A stretch of 64,000 nt of DNA from Escherichia coli. GTDB lineage: Bacteria > Pseudomonadota > Gammaproteobacteria > Enterobacterales > Enterobacteriaceae. The notes under the pieces were generated by a model. That model saw only the letters and a list, made by a program, of their open reading frames with translations, searched no databases and was not told the DNA's origin. The stretch lies in the NCBI RefSeq assembly GCF_003019035.1, contig NZ_CP027447.1, one strand, 5' to 3'. Every line of letters starts with the position of its first letter. Within the stretch, counting starts at the first letter, position 1. Positions 1-10,626 of the stretch are shown here, one piece after another. Both the position numbers and the translations under genes were made by a program.

Positions 1-434
1 TCCGTCTTCACATTGTTTGCGATGTCCCTGATGAACTTATTGATTTCACGTTTGAATGGAAAGGTCTGAAGAAATTATGCGTGGCAGTCTCCTTTCGGTC
101 AATAATAGCAGAACAAAAGAAAGAGCCCGAAATGACGGTCAGATATTATATCAGTTCTGCTGATTTAACCGCAGAGAAGTTCGCCACAGCAATCCGAAAC
201 CACTGGCACGTGGAGAATAAGCTGCACTGGCGTCTGGACGTGGTAATGAATGAAGACGACTGCAAAATAAGAAGAGGAAATGCAGCAGAATTATTTTCAG
301 GGATACGGCACATCGCTATTAATATTTTAACGAATGATAAGGTATTCAAGGCAGGGTTAAGACGTAAGATGCGAAAAGCAGCCATGGACAGAAACTACCT
401 GGCGTCAGTCCTTGCGGGGAGCGGGCTTTCGTAA
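1..434 (+). mobile_element. C-terminal part of an ISAs1-family / H-repeat-associated transposase-like protein; reading frame is open to position 1, so the gene is cut by the window edge (K-12 has a yafF H-repeat pseudogene here)
   Basis: ORF translation ...[39 protein letters not shown]... typical of H-repeat/ISAs1 transposase C-termini; no stop in frame between 3 and 80. Confidence 0.6.
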
Positions 435-482
435 TCTTGCCCTGACCCGTAGTCTTACCCCGGCCCTAAACACAACCCCCAC

Positions 483-1262
483 TCACCACAACCTAAACTC
501 ATCCGCATCCTGCCATGCCGGAAACTTTTCTCTATATTCCCGCAATGCCATCATCGACAGCTCCGCATCAATGCGCGTTGCCTGATGCGCGTCGGCGGTG
601 GCAATAATCTCGCCTTGTGGATTAATCACCCGGCTGTCACCGCGATAATGGCAGCCGTTGCCATCGCTGCCGACGCGATTGCATCCCGCCACATACGCCT
701 GATTCTCAATCGCGCGGGCTGTCAGCAATGCCTGCCAGTGCAGAGAGCGCGGAGCAGGCCAGTTGGCGACGTACAGGGCGAGGTCATAATCGTTGAGATT
801 GCGCGACCACACAGGAAAACGTAAGTCGTAGCACACCAGCGGCAAAATACGCCAGCCGCGCCATTCCACAATTACTCGCGCATTGCCCGCTTTATAATGC
901 AGATGCTCATCTGCCATGCGGAACAGATGACGCTTATCATAAAAATGTACCGTGCCGCCCGGCTCAACCAGCAAAAAGCGGTTAACCGAACCAGACTCCG
1001 TTTGTAATGCAACACTGCCTGCAATCAGCGCATTGCACTGCTGCGCTTTAGCTGTCATCCAGTTCACTACGTCATTTTGTGCTAGCGACGAAGCTGCCGC
1101 TTCCATGGCAAAGCCGCTGGTAAACATCTCCGGTAGAACGATCACATCGCGCCCGGTAATACCTTCCAGTTGACGATCAAAATGGCGCAGGTTGGCAGGG
1201 CCATCCATCCACACCAGTGGTTGCTGCAAAAGCGTAATCTTCAAACCAGGCACGGTGTACAA
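483..1262 (-). CDS. yafV: Carbon-nitrogen hydrolase family amidase (omega-amidase YafV)
   Basis: 259-aa ORF with nitrilase-superfamily features (catalytic Cys context ...LPLVCYDLRFP...); conserved position next to ivy. Confidence 0.85.
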   Translation of the reverse strand: MYTVPGLKITLLQQPLVWMDGPANLRHFDRQLEGITGRDVIVLPEMFTSGFAMEAAASSLAQNDVVNWMTAKAQQCNALIAGSVALQTESGSVNRFLLVEPGGTVHFYDKRHLFRMADEHLHYKAGNARVIVEWRGWRILPLVCYDLRFPVWSRNLNDYDLALYVANWPAPRSLHWQALLTARAIENQAYVAGCNRVGSDGNGCHYRGDSRVINPQGEIIATADAHQATRIDAELSMMALREYREKFPAWQDADEFRLW

Positions 1263-1406
1263 CTCCTTTATGCGAAGGGTTTTATAACTCTAACACCTTA
1301 TCAGGCAGTTGCCTTAGCGCAGAATAAATTGATAACAAATGCTGATATTGGAAATATCTGATTTGCAAATTATCGTGTTATCGCCAGGCTTTAGGAGGTT
1401 AATAAC

Positions 1407-1880
1407 ATGGGCAGGATAAGCTCGGGAGGAATGATGTTTAAGGCAATAACGACAGTCGCCGCTCTGGTCATCGCCACCAGTGCAATGGCGCAGGATGATT
1501 TAACCATTAGCAGCCTTGCAAAGGGCGAAACCACCAAAGCTGCGTTTAATCAGATGGTGCAAGGGCATAAGCTGCCTGCCTGGGTGATGAAAGGCGGTAC
1601 TTATACCCCTGCACAAACCGTAACGTTGGGAGATGAGACGTATCAGGTGATGAGCGCGTGCAAACCGCATGACTGTGGCTCGCAACGTATCGCTGTGATG
1701 TGGTCCGAGAAATCTAATCAGATGACGGGGCTGTTCTCGACCATTGATGAGAAAACGTCGCAAGAGAAACTCACCTGGTTGAATGTGAACGATGCGCTTT
1801 CTATTGATGGTAAAACGGTGCTGTTCGCGGCGTTGACCGGCAGCCTGGAAAACCATCCGGATGGCTTTAATTTTAAATAA
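1407..1880 (+). CDS. ivy: Inhibitor of vertebrate lysozyme (periplasmic)
   Basis: 157-aa ORF with signal peptide and CKPHDCG loop motif characteristic of Ivy. Confidence 0.9.
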   Translation: MGRISSGGMMFKAITTVAALVIATSAMAQDDLTISSLAKGETTKAAFNQMVQGHKLPAWVMKGGTYTPAQTVTLGDETYQVMSACKPHDCGSQRIAVMWSEKSNQMTGLFSTIDEKTSQEKLTWLNVNDALSIDGKTVLFAALTGSLENHPDGFNFK

Positions 1881-1895
1881 TTAGCGGATAAAGAA

Positions 1896-1916
1896 ACGGA
1901 GCCTTTCGGCTCCGTT
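1896..1916. terminator. Bidirectional hairpin terminator between convergent ivy and fadE
   Basis: Perfect palindrome ACGGAGCC-TTTC-GGCTCCGT immediately after both stop codons, flanked by A/T runs. Confidence 0.6.
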
Positions 1917-1922
1917 ATTCAA

Positions 1923-4367
1923 TTACGCGGCTTCAACTTTTCGCACTTTCTCCGGCAACTTTACCGGCTTCGTCGCCAGCTCTTCCGGATCAAAGTCATC
2001 AACATTAATACTGCGCAGACGGCTTTCTTCAGCTTTCACAAGAATAGCGGCTTCATCTTTATCAATCAGCCCCTTCGCCAGCGCGTTATGCGCCAGTTCA
2101 TCCAGACGGGTAAATGGCAGGTTTTTACCCAGCTCTTTACAGATCCTCTGATGAATTGGGTCGGCGGCAATCACATCCACCAGTGCCTCTTCCAGTAAAC
2201 CAACCGGGTTATGCTCGCTCGGCGTCAGGTACTGACCGCGGCCAATACGTGAGCGGGTGGCGTTTGGCACTTGTAAAATCTTCGCCACTTTATGATCCAG
2301 CTTGTCAGACGGTGCCAGATAATGACGTCCGGTCGGGAAGATCACCACATTCAGCAGCCCGGCAACCACGCGGTTCGGGAAGTTTTGCAGTAAATCGTCC
2401 ATCGCCTGCTCTGCCTGATACAGCGCATCCTGTACGCCCCAGTGCACCAGCGGCAGGTCGGCTTCATTACGGCCTTCGTCGTCATAACGCTTCAGAACGG
2501 CAGAGGCGAGGTAAAGCTGGCTTAAAATATCCCCCAGACGTGCCGAGATGCGCTCGCGACGTTTCAGGCTGCCGCCCAGCACCGCCATCGAGACATCAGA
2601 AAGCAGGGCGAGGTTGGCGCTCAGGCGGTTAAGATGCTGATAGTAGCGTTTAGTGGCATCGCCGGTTGGCGTGCTGCTGGTTAAACCGCGCGTCAGGCCC
2701 AGCCAGAAGCTGCGAACTTTGTTGCTACCGACGTGACCGATATGTTTGAACAGCAGTTTATCGAACGCGTTAACGTCATTGTTCTTCGCCGCTTCCATCT
2801 CTTCCAGCACGTACGGATGGCAACGAATCGCCCCCTGGCCGAAGATCATCATACTGCGGGTCAGAATGTTGGTCCCTTCAACGGTGATGGCAATCGGTGC
2901 GCCCTGATAAGCACGGGCCAGGAAGTTGCTCTGCCCGAGCATAATGCCTTTACCGCCGGTAATATCCATTGCATCAATAATTGACTGCTGCCCGCGGTGG
3001 GTACAGTGATACTTAACGATAGCCGACAGCACGGCAGGTTTTTCACCGAGCATAATGCCGTAGGTAATCAGCGATGCCGCAGCATCCATCACGTAGGCAT
3101 TACCGGCAATACGCGCCAGCGGCTCTTCAATCCCTTCCATCTTACCAATAGAGATTTTGAACTGACGGCGGATGTGCGCATACGCACCCGTTGCCAGCGC
3201 TACCGATTTCACGCCGCCGGTTGAGTTGGAAGGCAGGGTGATACCGCGGCCTACCGAGAGGCACTCCACCAGCATCCGCCAGCCTTGCCCGGCCATTTTC
3301 GGCCCGCCGATGATGTAATCGATCGGCACGAAGACATCTTTACCGCGCGTCGGTCCGTTCTGGAACGGTACGTTCAGCGGGAAGTGGCGACGACCAATTT
3401 CCACGCCCGGCGTGGTGGTCGGGATCAGCGCACAGGTAATACCTAAATCTTCTGTACCGCCGAGTAATTTCTCCGGGTCGGAGAGTTTAAACGCCAGCCC
3501 AAGCACGGTCGCAATCGGTGCCAGCGTAATGTAACGTTTGTTCCAGGTCAGTCGCATCCCCAGCACCTGCTGGCCCTGCCACTCGCCCATGCAAACAATC
3601 CCGGTATCCGGAATCGCGCCCGCATCGGAACCCGCTTCGGGGCTGGTCAGTGCAAAGCAAGGGATCTCCTGACCACGCGCCAGACGCGGCAGATAGTGAT
3701 CTTTCTGCTCGTCAGTGCCGTAATGTTGCAGCAGCTCGCCCGGACCTAATGAGTTCGGCACGCCGACGGTAATCGCCAGGATCCCGCTCACGCCGGAGAG
3801 TTTTTGCAGCACGCGAGACTGGGCATAAGCCGAGAACTCCAGCCCGCCGTACTCTTTTTTGATGATCATCGCGAAGAAGCGATGCTCTTTAAGATACGCC
3901 CACAGCTCCGGCGGCAAATCCGCCAGCTCATGGGTAATCTGGAAATCATTCGCCATCCGGCAGGCTTCTTCTACCGGACCGTCGAGAAACGCTTGCTCTT
4001 CAGCGGTCAGGCGCGGCTGCGGATAGTTATGCAGCTTTTTCCAGTCCGGCTTGCCCTGGAACAAATCGCCTTCCCACCAGGTGGTGCCCGCATCAATCGC
4101 TTCTTTCTCCGTGCGCGACATCGGCGGCATCACCTTACGGAAACCGCGAAATACCGGCGCGGAAATCATCGACCTACGCATAGGCGCAAAGTTAAATGGC
4201 ACGAGGATAATGGCCAGAGGCACCAGTACCCACACCGACCACAGACCAGCGACGCCGAGGGCGGCTGTCCAGGCGAGCAAAATCAGACTGCTGATAAATA
4301 AGCTCACGCGGTGATAGAACAACGCGCCGAGCAGGACAACCGTAGCGAGAATACTCAAAATCATCAT
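1923..4367 (-). CDS. fadE: Acyl-CoA dehydrogenase FadE (start taken at the internal [10 protein letters not shown]... Met; ORF track extends 26 codons further)
   Basis: 814-aa ORF, N-terminal membrane segment plus acyl-CoA dehydrogenase domains; ATGATG at 4367. Confidence 0.9.
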   Translation of the reverse strand: MMILSILATVVLLGALFYHRVSLFISSLILLAWTAALGVAGLWSVWVLVPLAIILVPFNFAPMRRSMISAPVFRGFRKVMPPMSRTEKEAIDAGTTWWEGDLFQGKPDWKKLHNYPQPRLTAEEQAFLDGPVEEACRMANDFQITHELADLPPELWAYLKEHRFFAMIIKKEYGGLEFSAYAQSRVLQKLSGVSGILAITVGVPNSLGPGELLQHYGTDEQKDHYLPRLARGQEIPCFALTSPEAGSDAGAIPDTGIVCMGEWQGQQVLGMRLTWNKRYITLAPIATVLGLAFKLSDPEKLLGGTEDLGITCALIPTTTPGVEIGRRHFPLNVPFQNGPTRGKDVFVPIDYIIGGPKMAGQGWRMLVECLSVGRGITLPSNSTGGVKSVALATGAYAHIRRQFKISIGKMEGIEEPLARIAGNAYVMDAAASLITYGIMLGEKPAVLSAIVKYHCTHRGQQSIIDAMDITGGKGIMLGQSNFLARAYQGAPIAITVEGTNILTRSMMIFGQGAIRCHPYVLEEMEAAKNNDVNAFDKLLFKHIGHVGSNKVRSFWLGLTRGLTSSTPTGDATKRYYQHLNRLSANLALLSDVSMAVLGGSLKRRERISARLGDILSQLYLASAVLKRYDDEGRNEADLPLVHWGVQDALYQAEQAMDDLLQNFPNRVVAGLLNVVIFPTGRHYLAPSDKLDHKVAKILQVPNATRSRIGRGQYLTPSEHNPVGLLEEALVDVIAADPIHQRICKELGKNLPFTRLDELAHNALAKGLIDKDEAAILVKAEESRLRSINVDDFDPEELATKPVKLPEKVRKVEAA

Positions 4368-4389
4368 AACGAAAAGCCCCTTACTTGTA

Positions 4390-4406
4390 GGAGGTCTGAC
4401 CACTTG
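4390..4406. promoter_or_regulatory. Candidate FadR operator upstream of fadE
   Basis: GGTCTGACC palindrome (FadR half-site pattern GGTC-N-GACC) about 25 bp upstream of the fadE start. Confidence 0.4.
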
Positions 4407-4606
4407 TGATGATATGGTTGTAGTGGATGTGAAAACATTTAGCAATGCGTTTACAATATAATTACAACAAAGCTCACATTGTTGCTGTTTTTATCCGCAC
4501 TTCAGGTCAAAAAGTCCTGGTCATAGCACCTGCCCGTACTTCTCGCTTTTGGCGGTATCCGGTACACTGCATTTTGTCTATTACATTTATGCTGAAGGAT
4601 ATCCTC

Positions 4607-5185
4607 ATGTACCAGGATCTTATTCGTAACGAACTGAACGAAGCGGCGGAAACGCTGGCTAACTTTTTAAAAGATGACGCCAATATTCACGCCATTCAGC
4701 GCGCGGCGGTCCTGTTAGCAGACAGCTTTAAAGCCGGTGGCAAAGTGCTTTCCTGCGGCAACGGCGGCTCCCATTGCGACGCTATGCACTTTGCCGAAGA
4801 GTTGACCGGTCGCTACCGTGAAAACCGTCCGGGCTACCCGGCGATTGCCATTTCTGACGTTAGTCATATTTCCTGCGTCGGTAACGATTTTGGTTTCAAT
4901 GATATTTTCTCCCGTTACGTTGAAGCGGTAGGTCGCGAAGGCGATGTACTGCTGGGGATCTCTACCTCCGGTAACTCTGCAAACGTGATCAAAGCGATCG
5001 CAGCGGCGCGTGAGAAGGGGATGAAAGTGATCACCCTGACCGGTAAAGATGGCGGCAAAATGGCTGGCACGGCGGATATTGAAATTCGCGTTCCGCACTT
5101 TGGTTATGCCGACCGCATTCAGGAGATCCACATTAAAGTGATCCATATCCTGATCCAGTTAATTGAAAAAGAGATGGTTAAGTAA
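4607..5185 (+). CDS. gmhA: Sedoheptulose-7-phosphate isomerase (phosphoheptose isomerase)
   Basis: 192-aa ORF from [13 protein letters not shown]..., SIS domain; GAAGGA RBS at 4594; ORF-track N-terminal extension discarded. Confidence 0.9.
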
Positions 5186-5192
5186 GGTCTTT

Positions 5193-5227
5193 TCTCCCTT
5201 TCAGGGAGAGGGCCGGGGTGAGGGTAA
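5193..5227. repeat. GC-rich hairpin repeat unit (CTCCCT-loop-AGGGAG followed by GGCCGGGGTGAGGG)
   Basis: Same family recurs at 8476, 14941, 24661, 24735, 33951 and 34026. Confidence 0.6.
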
Positions 5228-5300
5228 CAACCTGCACCTTTGTACTTTTTAATCAATCTTCGCCGGGGGCCATGCGCTCCCGCTGTTGTGGAGGTTACCC

Positions 5301-6068
5301 ATGTGCGAATTGCTCGGGATGAGCGCCAACGTCCCTACCGATATCTGCTTTAGTTTCACCGGACTTGTACAGCGTGGTGGTGGAACCGGGCCACATAAAG
5401 ATGGCTGGGGCATTACCTTTTACGAAGGTAAAGGCTGTCGCACATTTAAAGATCCGCAACCCAGCTTTAATTCCCCCATCGCCAAACTTGTCCAGGACTA
5501 CCCGATAAAATCCTGTTCGGTGGTGGCTCATATTCGCCAGGCGAATCGGGGAGAGGTGGCGCTGGAAAATACTCACCCGTTTACCCGCGAGTTATGGGGG
5601 CGTAACTGGACTTATGCCCATAATGGACAACTGACGGGCTACAAATCACTGGAAACCGGCAACTTCCGCCCGGTCGGTGAAACCGATAGCGAAAAAGCCT
5701 TTTGCTGGCTCCTGCATAAATTAACGCAGCGTTACCCGCGCACACCGGGCAACATGGCGGCAGTGTTTAAATATATCGCCTCACTGGCGGATGAACTGCG
5801 GCAGAAGGGCGTTTTCAACATGCTGCTTTCTGACGGGCGCTATGTAATGGCGTATTGCTCGACTAATTTACACTGGATCACCCGCCGCGCGCCGTTTGGC
5901 GTGGCAACGTTGCTGGATCAGGATGTGGAAATCGACTTCAGCTCGCAGACCACACCGAATGATGTGGTTACGGTGATTGCGACACAGCCGCTGACGGGCA
6001 ATGAAACCTGGCAAAAGATTATGCCAGGCGAATGGCGCTTATTTTGCCTCGGGGAGCGTGTAGTTTGA
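5301..6068 (+). CDS. yafJ: Class II glutamine amidotransferase domain protein
   Basis: N-terminal MCELLGM (Cys2 nucleophile) typical of class II GATase; GGAGG RBS at 5290. Confidence 0.85.
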   Translation: MCELLGMSANVPTDICFSFTGLVQRGGGTGPHKDGWGITFYEGKGCRTFKDPQPSFNSPIAKLVQDYPIKSCSVVAHIRQANRGEVALENTHPFTRELWGRNWTYAHNGQLTGYKSLETGNFRPVGETDSEKAFCWLLHKLTQRYPRTPGNMAAVFKYIASLADELRQKGVFNMLLSDGRYVMAYCSTNLHWITRRAPFGVATLLDQDVEIDFSSQTTPNDVVTVIATQPLTGNETWQKIMPGEWRLFCLGERVV

Positions 6069-6779
6069 TGCCAGCTGTGGTTGCACAACTTCGTGGCTTA
6101 ACGGCTTGCTGACCACGTAACGGCCATTGACCACAGAAACGGTCGGTGGCTTACGGGTTTGCTCAAAGTAGTCGTAACCTGGCTTCAGCTGCTCCCAGAA
6201 GTCCTTAAAGTTGGAATATTTATGGCGCTTCATATTGGCGTCGGTCATGCGGAACGGGTAAATACTCACTTGCACGCTCGGCTGACCAAAAACCAGCGCA
6301 CCAGTAACGAACTGGAAGATCTCATCAATACCCTGATTGGTCATCGCGTAGCAGCCGATGGAAACACAATCGCCGTGGATCATCAGATATTTCCCTTCAT
6401 AACCATGCGCACGGTCATAGGCATTGGGGAATCCAATATTAATCGCTTTGTAGTAACGGCTGTCTGGTTTTAACTGATTACGCTGGACGCTATAAAACCC
6501 TTCCGGGCTTTTGAAATCGCCCTGACGCTGTTTTGGCCCTAAGCCGCCGGAATATTTACAGATTTTATAGCTGTCGAGCAGTTGATATTGCTCGCCCATT
6601 TTGACGTAGAGATCGAGCGTACGTTCTTCCTTGAAGATCTGGATGTAGACAGGGGATCCCATCAACTGCTGCTTATACTCTTTGCTCACTGGCGTGGTCG
6701 AGCTACTGCTGCCCAGCAAACCGGCAAACGAAACGCACGGGATCAACAACATCGCAAGAATTAATGCGATTTTACGCAT
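6039..6779 (-). CDS. yafK: L,D-transpeptidase family periplasmic protein (YkuD domain)
   Basis: 246-aa ORF with signal peptide and YkuD-like HGxxxxxxxSxGC motif (...[14 protein letters not shown]...). Confidence 0.85.
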   Translation of the reverse strand: MRKIALILAMLLIPCVSFAGLLGSSSSTTPVSKEYKQQLMGSPVYIQIFKEERTLDLYVKMGEQYQLLDSYKICKYSGGLGPKQRQGDFKSPEGFYSVQRNQLKPDSRYYKAINIGFPNAYDRAHGYEGKYLMIHGDCVSIGCYAMTNQGIDEIFQFVTGALVFGQPSVQVSIYPFRMTDANMKRHKYSNFKDFWEQLKPGYDYFEQTRKPPTVSVVNGRYVVSKPLSHEVVQPQLASNYTLPEAK

Positions 6780-6934
6780 ACTGCTTATTCCTTGATAAAA
6801 CGGTTACACACGCCAGGACGGCAAAATGGATCCCAAATCGGAATAGTCTGGATTGGGAAGGCTCACATTATCACCAAAAGAGTTTTACGCAAGCCTGTCG
6901 GCGCAGGGTTTACAAATTTCATCGGCAGCGGGCT

Positions 6935-7213
6935 TTACCCAAAGAGCGCCGCGTGAGTTCCAGTTCTCTCAAATCGTAAAAGTTTATCGGTAAGTTTGTA
7001 AATCAGGATCCAGTCCGGTTCGACATGAGCATCGCGATAACCTTTCCATGAACCTTGCAGCGGGTGGTCTTTATAAACAGCTGGAAGCAGTAAAGTATTA
7101 TTGATAAGAAGCGTCATAAGATATTTCAATTTATTCATATCCTTATGACGCTTTTGTGCAAGTTTTACATCCTTTGAAAATTGTCCCGAGTATTCAATAT
7201 CCCTTTGAATCAT
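6935..7213 (-). CDS. yafQ: RelE/YafQ family toxin (mRNA interferase)
   Basis: 92-aa ORF immediately downstream of the antitoxin gene, RelE-like sequence. Confidence 0.85.
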   Translation of the reverse strand: MIQRDIEYSGQFSKDVKLAQKRHKDMNKLKYLMTLLINNTLLLPAVYKDHPLQGSWKGYRDAHVEPDWILIYKLTDKLLRFERTGTHAALFG

Positions 7214-7215
7214 AT

Positions 7216-7476
7216 TTAAATTCCTAATTTATCAAATAAATCATCGGCGTCTTTGGCCTTATGAACACCAACGCCAGCTTCGCTGTTTTTGATTGATTGA
7301 ATAGTTAATTGATTAGGCTCGCGTAAATCAAACGGCAATGCCTTTTCACGCGCGACTTTTGTGAGGGTTATGCGAACCAGGTCAGAGATGGTCAGCCCCA
7401 TCCCGGCCAGTACGTCCGCCGCCTGATTCTTCAGATCTTCATCGATTCGGGCGCGAACAAACGCGTTAGCAGCCAT
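7216..7476 (-). CDS. dinJ: DinJ antitoxin (RHH fold)
   Basis: 86-aa ORF, 2-bp gap to yafQ, LexA box just upstream. Confidence 0.85.
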   Translation of the reverse strand: MAANAFVRARIDEDLKNQAADVLAGMGLTISDLVRITLTKVAREKALPFDLREPNQLTIQSIKNSEAGVGVHKAKDADDLFDKLGI

Positions 7477-7492
7477 TGGGGTATCTCCTGTG

Positions 7493-7508
7493 CTGTATAT
7501 TTATTCAG
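7493..7508. promoter_or_regulatory. LexA (SOS) box upstream of dinJ-yafQ
   Basis: CTGTATATTTATTCAG matches CTG-N10-CAG consensus, 17 bp upstream of the dinJ start. Confidence 0.7.
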
Positions 7509-7661
7509 CTTGAATTGTAGCTCAAATGAGCAACAGCGACAATCCATGAGTAATTTAATAAACGGATGTTTTTACATAATTAACTGAAATATATTTATTA
7601 ATTTTATAATAATGGTTTATTAAGTTTGTTCAGGTACGGGCCGGGATACACTGCAACATCA

Positions 7662-8435
7662 ATGCATGACCAGCCATTATTGAGAATGTCTTTGCCGTCG
7701 ATTCCCTCTTTTGTGTTGTCGGGATTATTGTTGCTTTGCTTGCCGTTTTCTTCATTTGCCAGCGCCACCACATCACATATCTCTTTCAGCTACGCCGCCC
7801 GCCAGCGGATGCAAAACCGTGCGCGTTTATTAAAACAGTACCAAACCCATCTGAAAAAACAGGCCAGCTATATTGTGGAAGGCAATGCCGAAAGCAGAAA
7901 GGCGCTGCGCCAGCACAACCGCGAACAGATAAAACAGCATCCAGAATGGTTTCCTGCGCCGCTCAAGGCGAGTGACAGACGCTGGCAGGCGCTGGCGGAG
8001 AACAACCATTTCTTAAGCAGCGACCATCTACACAACATCACCGAAGTGGCGATTCACCGCCTGGAGCAGCAGCTTGGCAAGCCTTACGTCTGGGGCGGCA
8101 CGCGGCCCGATCAAGGCTTCGACTGTAGCGGGTTGGTTTTTTATGCCTACAACAAGATCCTCGAGGCGAAACTCCCGCGCACGGCTAATGAGATGTATCA
8201 CTACCATCGGGCAACGATTGTGGCGAATAACGACCTGCGCCGGGGAGATTTGCTGTTTTTCCATATTCACAGCCGCGAGATAGCCGATCATATGGGGGTG
8301 TATCTGGGAGACGGTCAGTTTATCGAGTCACCACGTACCGGCGAAACCATTCGGATAAGCCGGTTAGCTGAACCTTTCTGGCAGGATCATTTTTTAGGCG
8401 CGCGGCGGATTTTGACGGAAGAGACGATTTTGTAG
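7662..8435 (+). CDS. yafL: NlpC/P60 family peptidoglycan endopeptidase-like lipoprotein
   Basis: Signal peptide, then NlpC/P60 core (...YVWGGTRPDQGFDCSGLVFYAY...HMGVYLGDGQFIES...). Confidence 0.85.
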   Translation: MHDQPLLRMSLPSIPSFVLSGLLLLCLPFSSFASATTSHISFSYAARQRMQNRARLLKQYQTHLKKQASYIVEGNAESRKALRQHNREQIKQHPEWFPAPLKASDRRWQALAENNHFLSSDHLHNITEVAIHRLEQQLGKPYVWGGTRPDQGFDCSGLVFYAYNKILEAKLPRTANEMYHYHRATIVANNDLRRGDLLFFHIHSREIADHMGVYLGDGQFIESPRTGETIRISRLAEPFWQDHFLGARRILTEETIL

Positions 8436-8475
8436 GACGGCAATACTGCGAAAAAGTTAAAGTCGTACACGTTTT

Positions 8476-8505
8476 TCTCCCTCGCCCCAAAGGGGCGAGG
8501 GGACA
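8476..8505. repeat. GC-rich hairpin repeat unit (CCTCGCCCC-AAA-GGGGCGAGG) at the left edge of the Flag-2 locus
   Basis: Perfect 9-bp stem; member of the repeat family listed at 5193. Confidence 0.6.
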
Positions 8506-8532
8506 GTCCGAGACCTTATATAGTCTCCCCCA

Positions 8533-10626
8533 TCAACTCAACGCCCCCATAATCTTCAACTCCAGCTCGTCCGGCACTTCGTTATACGACAGCACATGCA
8601 GCCCCGGCGCAAACAATCTCGCATAGCGCGCCAGCAAAGGGCGCAACTGCGGTGGCACCAGCAGCACAGGGTCTTTCCCCGCCGCTTTCATCTGCTCCTT
8701 CACTTGCGGCATCGTACTCTGGAACTGGTTGAGCATATTCGGGTCAACCGGCACGCTGTCGAGCATCACTTTGCCGGCCTGTTGCGCCTGATTCACCACG
8801 TTGGTCAGCAGATTTTCCAGCTCATTATTCAGCGTATACACCGTCAGCTCCTGCTTGCGAACGAACGGATGGGTAATGCTGCGCCGCAGCGCCAGGCGCA
8901 CATCTGCCGCCAGCAGAATATGATCTTTGGTCACCGCACTACTGGCGACAAGCACGGTGGCGATGGTGACGATATCGCGCAGGGAAACGCCTTCAGTCAG
9001 CAGCGCCCGGTACACTTTCAGCAACTGGCTGTAATTCAGCGCCGCGCTCAAATCCTCCGCCAGGCGCGGTGCCATCGACGACAAACGGTTATGCAGCTGA
9101 GTAATATCGTCATAGTTAAACAAATCAGGAATATAGCTGCGCACAATCTTATTCACATGTGTGGCAATTACGCTGGCGCTGTCGATCACCTGATACCCCA
9201 TATTCAGCGCCTTCGCCTTCTGCGCGGGCTGGATCCAGGTGACCGGCATCCCATATGCCGGGTCATTCCCCAGTACGCCGTCAATCTCGCCGTAGGTTTC
9301 GCTGGAGGGCAGGGCCATCAGTTTATCCGCCGGAATATCCGCTTCATCAGCCTTAATGCCGTTGATGAAAATGGCGTACTGGCTGGGCTTGAGACGGAAG
9401 TTTTCCCGAATACGGATCTCCGGCAGCAGCACGCCGTTACCGTCGGATATCACCTGCCGCACGCCGCGAATCCGCTGGGTGAGCGGGTTCCCCTGCGCTT
9501 TGTCCACCAGCGCCACCAGCTTGTAGCCGAGGCTTAAGCTGATGGGCTCGATCAGCGGAATGGTTTCCCAACTGACCTGTTGCTCGCTGGTTTCGGTGAT
9601 GGTTCGGGTCAGCGTTTCGAGGCTTTTCTCCTCCGCCTCCGCCGCCTGCGGGCGTTTGCTCATCCGCCAGCCGGTAAAGCCAAGCAGGGCGCTGAACAGC
9701 AAAAATGGCAGATGCGGCATCCCCGGCACCACCGCCAGCACAAACATGATCCCGGTGGCGGTGTAGAGCACCGACGGACTTGCCAGCAGCTGGTGGCGCA
9801 CGTCATGGGCGATATCGCCGTTGTCGCTGACGCGGGTGACGATAATTGCCGCCGCGGTGGAGAGCAGCAGGGACGGGATCTGCGCCACCAGCCCGTCGCC
9901 GATGGTCATCAGCACATATTGCTGGAAGGCGGCGTCGGCGCTCAGGTTGTATTTGAAGATCCCGATACAGACGCCGCCGATCAGGTTGATCGCCAGAATC
10001 ATCATCCCGGCGATGGCATCGCCGCGCACAAACTTCGATGCCCCGTCCATCGCGCCGTAGAAATCGGCCTCGCTGGCAACATCTTTACGCCGGGTTTGCG
10101 CCTGCGCCTGGTTGATCAATCCGGCGTTAAGATCGGCGTCAATCGCCATCTGCTTGCCGGGCATCGCGTCCAGGGTAAAGCGGGCAGAAACCTCGGAAAT
10201 ACGCTCGGCCCCTTTGGTGACGACGATAAAGTTGATGATCATCAGGATGATAAACACCACAAAGCCGACGACAAAGTTGCCGCCAATCACCACCTGACCA
10301 AATGACTCAATCACCTTACCCGCCGCGCCTGCGCCGAGATGCCCGTGCAGCAGCACCACGCGCGTAGAAGCAACGTTAAGCGTCAGGCGCATTAGGGTGG
10401 TGATCAGCAAAATGGTCGGGAACAGGCTGAATTCCAGCGGTCGTTTCGCCGACACCGCCACCAGCAGCACCATCACCGCCAGCACAATGTTGAAGGTGAA
10501 CAGAATATCCAGCAACGCAGGCGGCAGCGGCAGAATAACCATCGCCAGAATACACAGGATCACCAGCGGCACGCCGAGATTGCCGCCGCGCAGCAGCGCG
10601 AGGAACGATTTAGTTGTTTTCGCCAT
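8533..10626 (-). CDS. lfhA: Flagellar export apparatus protein FlhA homologue
   Basis: 697-aa ORF; N-terminal TM region and FHIPEP motifs. Confidence 0.9.
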   Translation of the reverse strand: MAKTTKSFLALLRGGNLGVPLVILCILAMVILPLPPALLDILFTFNIVLAVMVLLVAVSAKRPLEFSLFPTILLITTLMRLTLNVASTRVVLLHGHLGAGAAGKVIESFGQVVIGGNFVVGFVVFIILMIINFIVVTKGAERISEVSARFTLDAMPGKQMAIDADLNAGLINQAQAQTRRKDVASEADFYGAMDGASKFVRGDAIAGMMILAINLIGGVCIGIFKYNLSADAAFQQYVLMTIGDGLVAQIPSLLLSTAAAIIVTRVSDNGDIAHDVRHQLLASPSVLYTATGIMFVLAVVPGMPHLPFLLFSALLGFTGWRMSKRPQAAEAEEKSLETLTRTITETSEQQVSWETIPLIEPISLSLGYKLVALVDKAQGNPLTQRIRGVRQVISDGNGVLLPEIRIRENFRLKPSQYAIFINGIKADEADIPADKLMALPSSETYGEIDGVLGNDPAYGMPVTWIQPAQKAKALNMGYQVIDSASVIATHVNKIVRSYIPDLFNYDDITQLHNRLSSMAPRLAEDLSAALNYSQLLKVYRALLTEGVSLRDIVTIATVLVASSAVTKDHILLAADVRLALRRSITHPFVRKQELTVYTLNNELENLLTNVVNQAQQAGKVMLDSVPVDPNMLNQFQSTMPQVKEQMKAAGKDPVLLVPPQLRPLLARYARLFAPGLHVLSYNEVPDELELKIMGALS

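Noticed and set aside
4445-4606. ORF-track N-terminal extensions (for example gmhA from 4445, lfiJ from 20896, lafA from 39024, proB from 55988)
   Set aside because: The extensions run through promoter or repeat sequence and lack an RBS; internal Met codons with a proper RBS and family-typical N-termini were used instead
8596-10305. Long plus-strand ORFs (313, 241 and 74 aa) antisense to lfhA, and similar antisense ORFs throughout the Flag-2 genes
   Set aside because: They lie entirely within well-supported minus-strand flagellar genes, are Arg/His/Gln-rich low-complexity translations typical of GC-rich antisense frames, and have no RBS
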